A program made the translations under genes and the position numbers. 64,000 nt of DNA, from assembly GCA_030390025.1 (NCBI GenBank), contig CM059432.1:42348001-42412000 (forward strand), read 5' to 3'. Source of the DNA: Squalus acanthias. Lineage: Eukaryota. The stretch's first letter is position 1. Each line of letters begins with the position of its first letter. The notes beneath the pieces are model-generated. The model was not told where the DNA came from. It did no database searches and saw only the letters and a list, made by a program, of their open reading frames with translations. This document shows positions 36,769 through 47,499 of this stretch, in pieces.

Positions 36769-38588
36769 CTACTTTTTGCCCTTCGAGGGTGATCTCCTTC
36801 CCTTGCGCACTTCCCCCCTTCTAACCCTACTGCTCCTCCGTAATGGGACCTCAGTGGCTGCAGCAAGGCTGGTGGAAGGCTGCTGATTGTCAGACCCTGA
36901 CACTGCAGATGCCCCTGAAGGACGGCCTCGACCAGTTCTGGGCCTGGAGGGCCCGGCTGCAGACTGCACCAACTCTGCATGGGCGGCAGCAGTCTGTCCT
37001 ACAGGCGGTGGCAAGCGCAGTGGAGAAGTGACAGTGTTGGCAGCAGGAATGCTGTCATCGTGAGAGAGGACAGCAACTCCCTGCTCGACCGACACACTGG
37101 CACTCCCACGGGGCAGCACTTCAGCATCCGGAGCAATCTGCTGGAGCACAGATTGCTGGCCTGCTGCGGCGCGGTGAGAGCCCCGGGGACCTGTGAACGA
37201 ACCATCGAGGTTGGCAGCAGTCAGTGCTCGCGTGGCCTCAATCTGAGTCTGCATGAGAGCAGTCAGAGATGGGATCACGGCAGTCAGTGACTGAATTGCA
37301 GCACTAAGCTTTAGTGTGGCATCCGCCTGTGCTACAGCGAAGTGCTCCACACTCCTTGCCAGTGACTCAATGCATTCGGGCACCCTTCCCACTGCACCCA
37401 TGAGCTCAGTGTGCATGCCCACCGCCTGGGTGTTCATTTCTGCGATCAGCCGCTCCTCCTCTGCGTCCATTGCAGTAGGAGTCTCTGGCATACTCTCCCT
37501 CTGGGGAGAAGGCCCCCGTTCTTCACTACCCCCATGGCGTTGCTGCAGCCCGCTGGGTCCTGGAGCTTCACCCTCATCAGACCCTTCCCCCCTGCTCCCC
37601 TCCAGGGAAGGCGTGTTCCCAGTGTGGGCATGGGCTTTCTCGGGAGAGGGTGGCACTGATGCTCCGGCTTCCTCTTCCTCCTCGGCTGCAGCTTCACTCC
37701 CACTGGCAGCTTCAGGGCCCGTCTCCTCAGCTGGTGAATCACCATCTGAAAGCAGGGAGGTACAAGAGTGGCTTTAGCGTGAGGACAGGGTGGCAGTAAG
37801 GGAGGAATAAGTGCAACGAGTTAGCAAGTTGGATTGAAAGTGTCAAAGGCTGGTGTTGTGAGGGACAAGTGGAAGGACAGAGGATAAAAAGGTGATGACC
37901 TTACCATTGCTGTCCAGAACGGGGTCGGCGTCTCCAGTGGCGACGGGACCGATCACCCGGCTTGCCACAATCCTGTGGACGCGCTCCTCAAGATCGCTGA
38001 GGGGTTGCAGCTGAGGCCGCCCTCCACCTGTCCGTTGCTGCTGTCTCCTATTATGTGCCAGCTTGGCCTGCAAGAAAAAGGACAGCATCTGAGTAAATAT
38101 ACAGCCATGGTCTTGCCTGATGTGCCTCCCATAGGTGAATAGCCCTTACTGTATGCAGCCATGGTCTTGCCTGATGTGCCTCCCATAGGTGAATAGCCCT
38201 TACTGTATGCAAAGTGTGGAATGTGTGTGTGTGTTTCATGAAAGGGCCATAGGTATTGGATGAGTGTTGTGCATTGGGGTTTTAAGACCCTCTGGCCATA
38301 GAGTGAGGTTGAGATGGAGGGATGGAGAGGTATGGAGAAAAAGCCACTCACCCTGACGACCCGAGTGAGGTCGTTGAACTTTTTGCGGCATTGAACATGG
38401 GTCCTGGGCACCATGCTCCTGGAGGAGACGCTCTGAGCCACCTCCCTCCACATTCTTCTGTACTCGCGTGGCAAAGGCCTCCTGCCACTCTCAGGGAAGA
38501 GTATAGATCTTCTGCGCTCCACCGCGCCAACCAGAGCATCCAAGGCCCGCTCGGTGAAGCGCTGAGCTCGTTCTCTCACCCTCTCCAT
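36769..38588 (-). CDS. Harbinger Myb/SANT-like DNA-binding protein, 3 exons, predicted 458 aa
   Basis: Exons 38588-38352, 38067-37905 and 37745-36769 with canonical GT-AG introns (phase 0, phase 1). The spliced length is 1377 nt, in frame to TAG. The N-terminus RF...LDALV...W.EVA...QCRKKFNDL is a trihelix/Myb motif. Confidence 0.9.
38102..38209. repeat. Exact 54-bp tandem duplication in Myb gene intron 1
   Basis: CAGCCATGGTCTTGCCTGATGTGCCTCCCATAGGTGAATAGCCCTTACTGTATG x2. Confidence 0.95.
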
Positions 38589-38949
38589 CCTTGGCTGCAA
38601 AATGGATTCACAGGTCTCTCCAGGCCGAGATTCAAGGCTGCAATGAGCAGGGTGTGGCTGGGGAGCAAGTTGGCCCCCCCTCCCTTTAAGAACTGGCCGG
38701 CGCCAGTTGTGTCTATGTTCCCTCGCTAACTGGCAGCACCTGCGCTGCGCTCGCGCGCTGAGTTAGCGCCTCACTGCTCGGCCTTTGCGCCTTAAGACAG
38801 GTGTGCAGCGCCTGATTTAGCGCACCACTCACCTCCCGGGGCGGTAAAAGTGAAGTTTCCAGTCAGTGGCGATAATTAGCGCCAGGCGCTAATTTTTGCG
38901 TCCAGACGATATTTGCGCCCCAAACGGGGCGCGACCTAATTTTTCCCCC

Positions 38950-39107
38950 TCAATGTTTTCAAGGGGAGAATGGATAAGCACTTGAGGGAAATAAACTTGC
39001 AGGGCTACGGGGATAGAGCGGGGGAATGGGACTGACTGGATTGCTCTAGAGAGCCAGCATGGACTCGATGGGCCGAATGGCCTCCTCCTGTGCCGTTATG
39101 ACTCTAT
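38950..39107 (+). mobile_element. Inverted 158-bp piece of the CR1 3' end
   Basis: CR1 ORF2 end and 3' UTR (GGGCCGAATGGCCTCCTCCTG..TTATGACTCTAT) lie on +, while the rest of the element lies on - on both sides. Confidence 0.9.
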
Positions 39108-39128
39108 GGGGGAAAAATTAGGGAGAGT

Positions 39129-39851
39129 ATGCCAGCGACTCCTACTGCAATGGACGCAGAGGAGGAGCGGCTGATCGCAGAAATGAACACCCAGGCGGTG
39201 GGCATGCACACTGAGCTCATGGGTGCAGTGGGAAGGGTGCCCGAATGCATTGAGTCACTGGCAAGGAGTGTGGAGCACTTCGCTGTAGCACAGGCGGATG
39301 CCACACTAAAGCTTAGTGCTGCAATTCAGTCACTGACTGCCGTGATCCCATCTCTGACTGCTCTCATGCAGACTCAGATTGAGGCCACGCGAGCACTGAC
39401 TGCTGCCAACCTCGATGGTTCGTTCACAGGTCCCCGGGGCTCTCACCGCGCCGCAGCAGGCCAGCAATCTGTGCTCCAGCAGATTGCTCCGGATGCTGAA
39501 GTGCTGCCCCGTGGGAGTGCCAGTGTGTCGGTCGAGCAGGGAGTTGCTGTCCTCTCTCACGATGACAGCATTCCTGCTGCCAACACTGTCACTTCTCCAC
39601 TGCGCTTGCCACCGCCTGTAGGACAGACTGCTGCCGCCCATGCAGAGTTGGTGCAGTCTGCAGCCGGGCCCTCCAGGCCCAGAACTGGTCGAGGCCGTCC
39701 TTCAGGGGCATCTGCAGTGTCAGGGTCTGACAATCAGCAGCCTTCCACCAGCCTTGCTGCAGCCACTGAGGTCCCATTACGGAGGAGCAGTAGGGTTAGA
39801 AGGGGGGAAGTGCGCAAGGGAAGGAGATCACCCTCGAAGGGCAAAAAGTAG
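39129..39851 (+). pseudogene. Truncated Myb-like gene (3' part of exon 3 only)
   Basis: A 240-aa ATG-initiated ORF identical, except one residue, to the C-terminal part of the 36769-38588 product. The DNA-binding exons are deleted. Confidence 0.85.
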
Positions 39852-40163
39852 GAGGTGTGACAAAATGCTGGTCATTTTTTTATTAAAGGCCGAGGTTCGT
39901 GGTCCAACTTTTGTCTAGTGTTTTGGACATTATCTCCAGGTTGTGAGAACCAGTTATGTTAATGACTGTTTTTTTGTGTTTATTTCTATGAGTTTGTCAT
40001 GAGGAAATGACACACACAGAGTTTGTAAAATAAATAAGTTTTTGTATTCAAAATATACATGTTTGGTGTTTGGAATCATTGGTGCCTTGGCCGGCTCAGG
40101 GGTTGCGTGCTGGGTTCATTGATGTTGTTAGCAATGGCAGAAGCCATTTCCACAGCAGGGGCC

Positions 40164-41378
40164 CTAGAAGCGGCTTGCTATCAGCCGTTGACGGACGGCC
40201 CTTGCAGTTTCACCATTGTGGGCCGCCCTCCCGCCTTGGTGCTGCTGATGATCATCCTCCTCGTCCTCTTCCTCCTCTGGTGGTGCTCCAAGGCCTGGTG
40301 GCATTGGCTGGGTCCTGACGATTGCCATGTTATGCAACATGCAGCACACAACTACGAAGTTGGATACTCGCTCAGGCGAGTACTGCAGGGCTCCTCCAGA
40401 ATGGTCGAGACAGCGGAACCGTTGCTTCAGCACGCCGATTGTGCGCTCAATGATGTTCCTGGTAGCTTGATGGCTCTCGTTGTACCGCAGCTCAGCAGGG
40501 GTGTTGGGCGTACGGAGCGGTGTCATCAGCCAGGTGCTCAATGGATACCCCTTGTCCCCGAGAAGCCAACCAACTGGCTGATGCGGTGCCTCGAAAAGTT
40601 CTGCCACAGTAGTCTGGCGCAGGATGAAAGCATCGTGGCAGCTGCCAGGATAGTGGGCATTGACAGCGAGTATCAGCTGTCTGTGGTCACAGACCAACTG
40701 AACATTCAAGGAATGGAACCCCTTTCTGTTCCGGAAATCCTCGGCATTCTCATGTGGAGCACGCAAAGCCACATGCGTGCAGTCAATGGCGCCCTGCACC
40801 ATGGGGAAGCCCGCTATCCTCGCAAAGCCCAGAGCGCGGTCACACTGCTTGTCTAGGGTCATGGGGAAAGAGATGAACTCTCGTCTCCTTTTAAAGAGGG
40901 CATTTGTGACCTGCCGGATGCAGCAATGCACCGCGAACTGGGAGATATTGGCGAGGTCCCCAGCAGCAGCTTGAAATGAGCCAGTAGCATAGAAGTTGAG
41001 AGCCACTGTGACCTTCACTGCCACCGACAGAGACGTACTGGACCTCAGTTGAGGCTGCAGATCTGGCTGCAGCAGGTGGCAGAGCTCAGTGACCACCTCC
41101 TTGCTGAATCGCAGCCTTCGCAAACACAGCTCCTCAGACATATGAATGTAGGAGAGCTGTTCACGATATACCCTGGGAGGGTAAGCTCTCCTGTACATAC
41201 GCCTGTTGGCCCTCCTCCGTCTGGCCATCATTGCCACTCTCTCTCTGCGTCTCTGTGTCCTCCAATTCAGCTGGAGCAGGACGACGCCCCCAATCAATGC
41301 AGCCCCTATAGTCTCTTTGCAAGCAAAGTTATGAAGAACAGCAACCAAAGTACCAGCGAAGTTAGGATCAGTAGGCAA
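40164..41378 (-). CDS. Harbinger (HARBI1-like) DDE transposase, copy B
   Basis: Open frame with the first ATG at 41231. IDCTH, canonical LGDKGY and IERTIG are present. It differs from copy A at two residues. Confidence 0.95.
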   Translation of the reverse strand: MPTDPNFAGTLVAVLHNFACKETIGAALIGGVVLLQLNWRTQRRRERVAMMARRRRANRRMYRRAYPPRVYREQLSYIHMSEELCLRRLRFSKEVVTELCHLLQPDLQPQLRSSTSLSVAVKVTVALNFYATGSFQAAAGDLANISQFAVHCCIRQVTNALFKRRREFISFPMTLDKQCDRALGFARIAGFPMVQGAIDCTHVALRAPHENAEDFRNRKGFHSLNVQLVCDHRQLILAVNAHYPGSCHDAFILRQTTVAELFEAPHQPVGWLLGDKGYPLSTWLMTPLRTPNTPAELRYNESHQATRNIIERTIGVLKQRFRCLDHSGGALQYSPERVSNFVVVCCMLHNMAIVRTQPMPPGLGAPPEEEEDEEDDHQQHQGGRAAHNGETARAVRQRLIASRF

Positions 41379-41819
41379 AACTACCTCACAAAGCGTTGAC
41401 TCAATGTAGAAGTCTCTCTTTCTCTCTCTCCGAATCTCTCTCTCTCTCTCAGAACGAGTGGTGCAAAAATGTCAACCACAGAAAAAGACAGGAAGAGGCC
41501 CCCTTTAAATAGCGCCCCCCCAGCCCCACAGCGATTGATAGCGTTCCAGTTTTCCGGTCGTTGGATGCGCCAGGCGGTAAGGCAGGGGGCGCCACTCAAT
41601 TTCCGCTCCGGGGCGCCACAAGGGCGTTGCACCATGGAATGACGTCACAATCTGCGCGCGCAGGTGGTCGCGGCGGTAAAGTTTAGCGCCGCCGCACAAT
41701 GTCTAGTTAAGTTCCCCAGCGGCGCAAACATCGCTGCGCCCGGGCGCTAGCGGCTTTGCGCCCCATTAGCGCCCTCTTAAGGCGCTAACGGGAGGCGCAA
41801 CCAACTGAATTTTTCCCCC

Positions 41820-43920
41820 TGAGTGTCTCCTCTTCCACCACTTCCGTCGGTAGCGAGTTCCAGGTCCTCACCACTCGCTACGTAAAAAAGATTTTCCTCA
41901 CATCCCCCCTGTATCTCTTGCCCAAAACCTTAAATCTGTGTCCCCTAGTCCTTTTACCATCAACTAGTGGGAACAGCCTTTCACCGTCTAACCTATCCAA
42001 ACCCATCATAATCTTGTACACCTCTATCAAATCACCTCAACTTCCTTTGCTCTAATGAAAACAAATCCAGCTTCTCCAACCTGTCCTTGCAGCTAAGATC
42101 CCCCATCCCTGGAACCATTCTAGTAAATCTCCTCTGCACCCTCTCAAGGGCCTTCACATCCTTCCTAAAGTGTGGTGACCAGAACTGGACGCAATACTCC
42201 CAATCGATATTTGGGTAATTAAAGTCCCCTAATATCACCACTCTAAAGCTCTTGCATATCCCTGCGATTTCCCTGCAGATTTGCTCCTCTACCTCCCTCT
42301 CACTAATTGGAGGCCTGTAGAATACCCATAATAGCGTGATCATACCATTTTTGCTCCTCAACTCTAACCAAATGGATTCTGTCCTTGTCCCCTCAAGAAC
42401 ATCCTCCCTTTCCAACACTACAATGTCTTCCTTAATCAGCACTGCCACCCCACCTCCCTTTTTCCCTTCCCTATCTTTTCTGAACACCTTGTACCCTTGA
42501 ATATTAAGTGCCCCGTCCTCACCGTTTTTAAGCCACGCTTCTGTTATTGCCACAACATCATATTGTCACACGGCTAATTGTGCTTGTAGCTCACTAACCT
42601 TATTCACCACACTTTGGCGTTTATGTACATGCATTCTAAACCCATTTCTGAATTTTTCATAGTCTTTCTTAGTCTGTTTCTATCTAATATGGTACTACTT
42701 CCACCTCTACTACTACTTTCTTCTCTAGTACTATCCAACACACTCACTCTTTTATACACTTTATTCCTCTTTTCTACTCCTATATGCTGGTGCCCATCCC
42801 CCTGCCAAGTTAGTTTAAACCCTCCCCAACAGCACTAGCAAATCTTCCCATGAGAATATTGGTCCCGGCTCTGTTGAGGTGTAACCCATCCAGCTTGTAC
42901 AGGTCCCACTTTCCCCAGAAACGGTCCCAATGCTTCAGGAATCTAAAGCCCTCCCTCCTGCATCATCTCTCCAGCCACACATTCATCTGTTCTATCCTTC
43001 TATTCCTGTACTCATTAGCACGTGGCACCGGGAGTAATCCGGAGATTACTACCTTTGAGGTCCTACTTTTTAATCTCTCTCCTAGCTCCCTAAACTCTGC
43101 CTGCAGGACCTCATCCCTCTTTCTGCCTATGTCGTTGGCAATGTTGGACAACGACCTCTGACTGTTCACCCTCCCCCCTCAGAGTGTCCTGCAGCTGCTC
43201 AGTGACATACTTGACCCTGGCACCAGGGAGACAACATACCATCCTGGAGTCACGTCTGCGGCCGCAGAAACGCCTGTCTGCTCCCCTAACTATCGAATCC
43301 CCTATGACTATTGCTCTTCCACTCTTTTTCCTCCCTCCCGTGCAGCTGAGCCACCCTTGGTGCCGTGGACTTGTCTCTGGCTGCATGCCCCAGAGGAACC
43401 ATTGCCCTCACCAGTACTCAGAACACAATACTAGTTGGAGAGCGAGACGCACTCCGGGGACTCCTGCACTACCTGCCTGGTCCTCCTCTTCTGTCTGGCG
43501 GTCACCCATTCTCTCACTGCCTGCATGCTCTTAAGCTGCGGGGTGACCACATCCTGAAATGTGCTATCCACGTAACTCTCGGCCTCGCGGATGCACCGCA
43601 GTGACTCCAGCTGCTGCTCAAGCTCCGAAACACGGATCTCAAGCTGCCGTAGCTGGTGACACTTCCTGCATATGTGGTCGTCCAGGACTTCCCACATGGC
43701 ACAGGATGTGCACTGCACGGGACTGAGCTGCCCTGCCATGCCTCTATTTAATAGACTTAGCAGAAATAAACTTAAAACTTAAAAAGAAACACTCACCAGC
43801 TACTCACCAATCAGCTCCTTCCCTTGTGCCGACATCACTTTTTCTACTCTGATGTCACTCTTTCGAATTCTGCCTCTATTGAGTTGCTGCCTCTCTCGCT
43901 CTGCTCCCGCCCAGGTCCAC
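41820..43920 (-). mobile_element. CR1 LINE with 5' UTR and ORF1 and a large ORF2 deletion; 3' end disrupted by the Harbinger pair
   Basis: ORF1 starts at 43739 (CTSC..CRKC, IGDSIVRG). The endonuclease (ITEAWL..GDFNYPNIDW) is fused directly to the post-RT EYCVQFWSPH at ~42200. Confidence 0.92.
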
Positions 43921-44220
43921 TGCCTCCTCTGGATTTTATTACAATGTCTATCCATTGTGCCAGTTAACTTGCTTGACGTTCATCTCTTCGCTGTCTTCAA
44001 TGCATTGGCAGTGCATAAGCAGCATAGGAAACTTTCTCAGAAAGGAAAATCTCCCACTATGTGTGTTTAAAACACTTCCTCCAAGTTTTCGAATGCTTTT
44101 TGACCTGTGCACCCACTGGCTTCATTTGCTTATGTCAGAGTGAGAGACAGTGGTGTAGCAGCTGCAAGTTGCTAGGTTTGCACTGCTAATGCATTCTGGG
44201 CAATTTAGACGCTAATGGAA

Positions 44221-44652
44221 TTTTTTTTTATTCGTTCATGAGATCTGGGTGTCACTGGCAAGGCCAGCATTTATTGCCCATCCCTAATTGCCCTTGAGAA
44301 GGTGGTGGTGAGCCGCCTTCTTGAACCGCTGCAGTCCGTGCGGTGAAGGTACTCCCACAGTGCTGTTCGGGAGGGAGTTCCAGGATGTTGATCCAGTGAC
44401 AATGAAGAATCGGTGATATACTTCCAAGTCAGGATGGTGTGTGACTTGGAGGGGAACTTAGAGGTGGTGGTGTTCCCATGCGCCTGCTGCCCTTGTCTTT
44501 CTAGGTGGAAGAGGCCACAGGTTTGGGAGGTGCTGCCGAAGAAGCCTTGGCGAGTTGCTGCAGTGCATCTTGTAGATGGTACACACTGCAGACACAGTGC
44601 ACCGGTGGTGGAGGGAGTGAATGTTTAAGGTGGTGGATGGGGTGCCAATCGG
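44221..44652 (-). mobile_element. 3' end of a poly(A)-tailed non-LTR retrotransposon (clade not assigned)
   Basis: LNIHSLHHRCTVSAVCTIYKMH ORF-end motif, a poly(A) tail, and a second copy at 1731. Confidence 0.7.
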
Positions 44653-44949
44653 ATGTAAGCCCTTTTTCAGGCAAGTGCAGGTCACATGGGATAATTACTT
44701 CAAAGTAACTTCAAGCAGCCACATGCACTGCCTCTGATATGATAGAAGTTGAATTCCCGGACTTCTTAGTGTAAGTATTTAACAGAATTTACGTCAGTCA
44801 CCAGATTCATTACTAAATAAAACCTAGGGTATGAACACTTTAATGGGTTCTAGCCAATTTCCTTCAAAACTATGCTTTGGAATCATCTAAAGCAAAGATA
44901 TTGAACATTTTACTTCGATAATACTAGTGGGGGGGTGGGGGGGGGGTGT

Positions 44950-45968
44950 TGGCGGTGGTGATTGCCGCAAGGATCAGTGCTTGGACCTCAGCTATTTGCA
45001 ATCTATATTAATGACTTAGATGAAGGGACCGAGTGTAATGTATCCAAGTTTGCTGATGATTCAAAGCTAGGTGGGACAGTAAGCTGTGAGGAGAACATAA
45101 AGAGCCTGCAAAGGGATATAGACAGGTTAAGTGAGTGGGCAATAAGGTGGCAGATGGAGTATAATGTGAGATTATTCACTTTGGCAGGAAGAATAGAAAA
45201 ACAGAATATTTTTTAAATGGTGAGAAACTATTAAATGTTGGTGTTCAGAGAAATGTAGGTGTCCTCGTACAGGAAACACAGAGTTAGCATGCAGGTACAG
45301 CAAGCAATTAGGAAGGCAAATGGCATGTTGGCCTTTATTGCAAGGGGGTTGGAGTACAAGAGTAAGGAAGTCTTGCTACAATTGTACAGGGCTTTGGTGA
45401 GACCACACCTGGAGTACTGTGCACAGTTTTGGTCTCCTTATCTGAGGAAGGATATATTTGCCTTAGAGGCGGTGCAACAAAGGTTCACTAGATTGATTCC
45501 TGGGATGAGAGGACTGTCCTATGAGGAGAGATTGAGTAGATTGGGCCTATACTCGCTGGAGTGAGAAGAATGAGAGGTGATCTCATTGAAACATATAGAA
45601 TTCTGAGGGGGTTTGACAGGGTAGATGCTGAGAGTTTGTTTCCCCTGGCTGGGGAGTCTAGAACTAGGGGGCATAGTCTCAGGATAAGGGGTCGGCCATT
45701 TAAGACTGAGATGAGGAGGAACTTCTTCACTCAGAGGGTTGTGAATCTTTGGAATTCTCTACCCCGAAGGGCTGTGAATGCTGAGTCTTTGAGTATATTC
45801 AAGGCTGAGATAGATAGATTTTTGGACTCTCAGGGATTCAAGGGATATGGAGATCGGGTGGGAAAGTGGAGTTGAGGTCGAAGATCAGCGATGACCTTAT
45901 TGAATGGCGGAGCAGGCTCGAGGGATTGTATGGCCTACTCCTGCTCCAAGTTCTTATATTCTTATGTT
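44950..45968 (+). mobile_element. 5'-truncated CR1 LINE
   Basis: [36 protein letters not shown] and a (TTCTTATG)n tail. Confidence 0.93.
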
Positions 45969-47499
45969 CAATCAAATTGGAAGCATCAGCCAACAAGTAG
46001 CATATTGGCACTAGTTGGGTTCTCTCTATCAAATAAAATCAACATTTCAAATAACTCTTTAAGCAGGTGAACTTACACTGCAATTTATAAGTATGCATTT
46101 AAAAGTTTTGATAAGAGCACACAACCTTCTTAATACTGAAGTTTATTCCTTCACTCCATTTTGGAAGTAATTTTCTCTGCTTTAGGTTCTACCCTACCCT
46201 CTCCCTAACAAGAGAACTATAAGTAACCTGCACCTTAGCCTTTACCAATGACATTCTGAACCAACCATTAGGAAGTACCCTGGTACTTAAAATCAATACT
46301 TATCAAAGAATCAAAACAAGTGTTCCTTAACTCATTGACTGTTTCTAGCATGTGTATCTGTGCATGGTTCATTACTGTAAGAATATCCAACAGCCAATCA
46401 GTTCATTATGGATAAAATGCATGCAGCATTCAGGAGTTAATATATTATTTGTAATGTAGATATTTCTTGTTACAACTTTAACATTTATGTTGTCATATTT
46501 TAGATCCTTGCAACAGACCATGAGAAGGTCAGATGATATGCTTAGTCATGCAGCTCAGAATAAAGTAAGCAGCAAACAGATGGACAAAGTGTAGTTTATT
46601 TGATCCGCTACTGTTTGCACGGAAGTAATTGTCTTCTAACCTGGAGAAAACAGAGTGCTACCAGAGGACAAACAAATTAAACATTGCTGGCTAGAACACA
46701 TATGACACTGTTTGTGTAACATAACATGGGCTCTAATCCCTGCAGTCTTTGTTCTCAGTAAACTTTACATATACCATATGTAACAGGCAGTGCAGACAGA
46801 TGACACCTCTATTGTAACTGCCTGCAACACAATTAGCTAAATTTGTGGATGCATCATTTTTTGGAACATTTGTTCAGTGTCTTACAATTAACAAAGGTTT
46901 GGTTTACAGCATTTGAAATGCTCTGCTTTAAACAGCAGCTCCATCTCTATCTAAGCCAGACATTTTACCAGAAGTAACCACTGCATCATAAATCGCATGC
47001 ATTGAAATTCAAGGTACAGTATAGATTGATTAATCCATCAGAGTACTGAATGTCCTTACAATGTTAAAACATAGCACCATCTTTTCTCTGTTTGATTTTC
47101 CATGGTTTTCAATATATTCCTCCACAACGGAAAACGTATGGTATATATAAAATGTCATCTATAGGCCCAAGTAACTAGAACCATGGTGTAATAACCAATT
47201 TATATGATTTTCTAACAGGACTATTTGCAATGAATCCTTTACTAAATCTTTTATTTAAGGACAAAGAAAAAGGAGGTTTGCAATTACATTTCACAATACT
47301 GACCTCAATTGACCAGAACCATGATGTAAGATGAGATGTTATTAATATATGAGTTAGTACTGTGCATCATCTAAAGATGATCCTTTTGAAAGACTGTTGC
47401 ACTGGCCACTGAGCCCTGTTTGCTTTCAGTTTGGAGAGTAAAGATAATCCTAGGCTCCTTTTTTGATGACCAGTCCCCTCCATAAACCCTTCTCTCCCA

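Larger units (their letters stand above)
34800..38949 (+). mobile_element. Young full-length PIF/Harbinger transposon (4150 bp), copy A
   Basis: Perfect 12-bp TIRs GGGGGAAAAATT / AATTTTTCCCCC, an open transposase ORF and a spliceable Myb gene. Flanks are ATA (left) and TCA (right). Confidence 0.97.
39108..41819 (-). mobile_element. Young Harbinger copy B, inverted, with a 1437-bp internal deletion
   Basis: Both TIRs are present. 39120-41819 is the reverse complement of 34800-37500. The equivalent of 37501-38937 is missing at an AGG/CCT microhomology. Flanks are TAT (left) and TGA (right). Confidence 0.96.

Noticed and set aside
37953..38600. 215-aa ORF as a complete single-exon protein with a repeated peptide
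   Set aside because: It is exon 1 read through into intron 1. The peptide repeat comes from the 54-bp intronic duplication.
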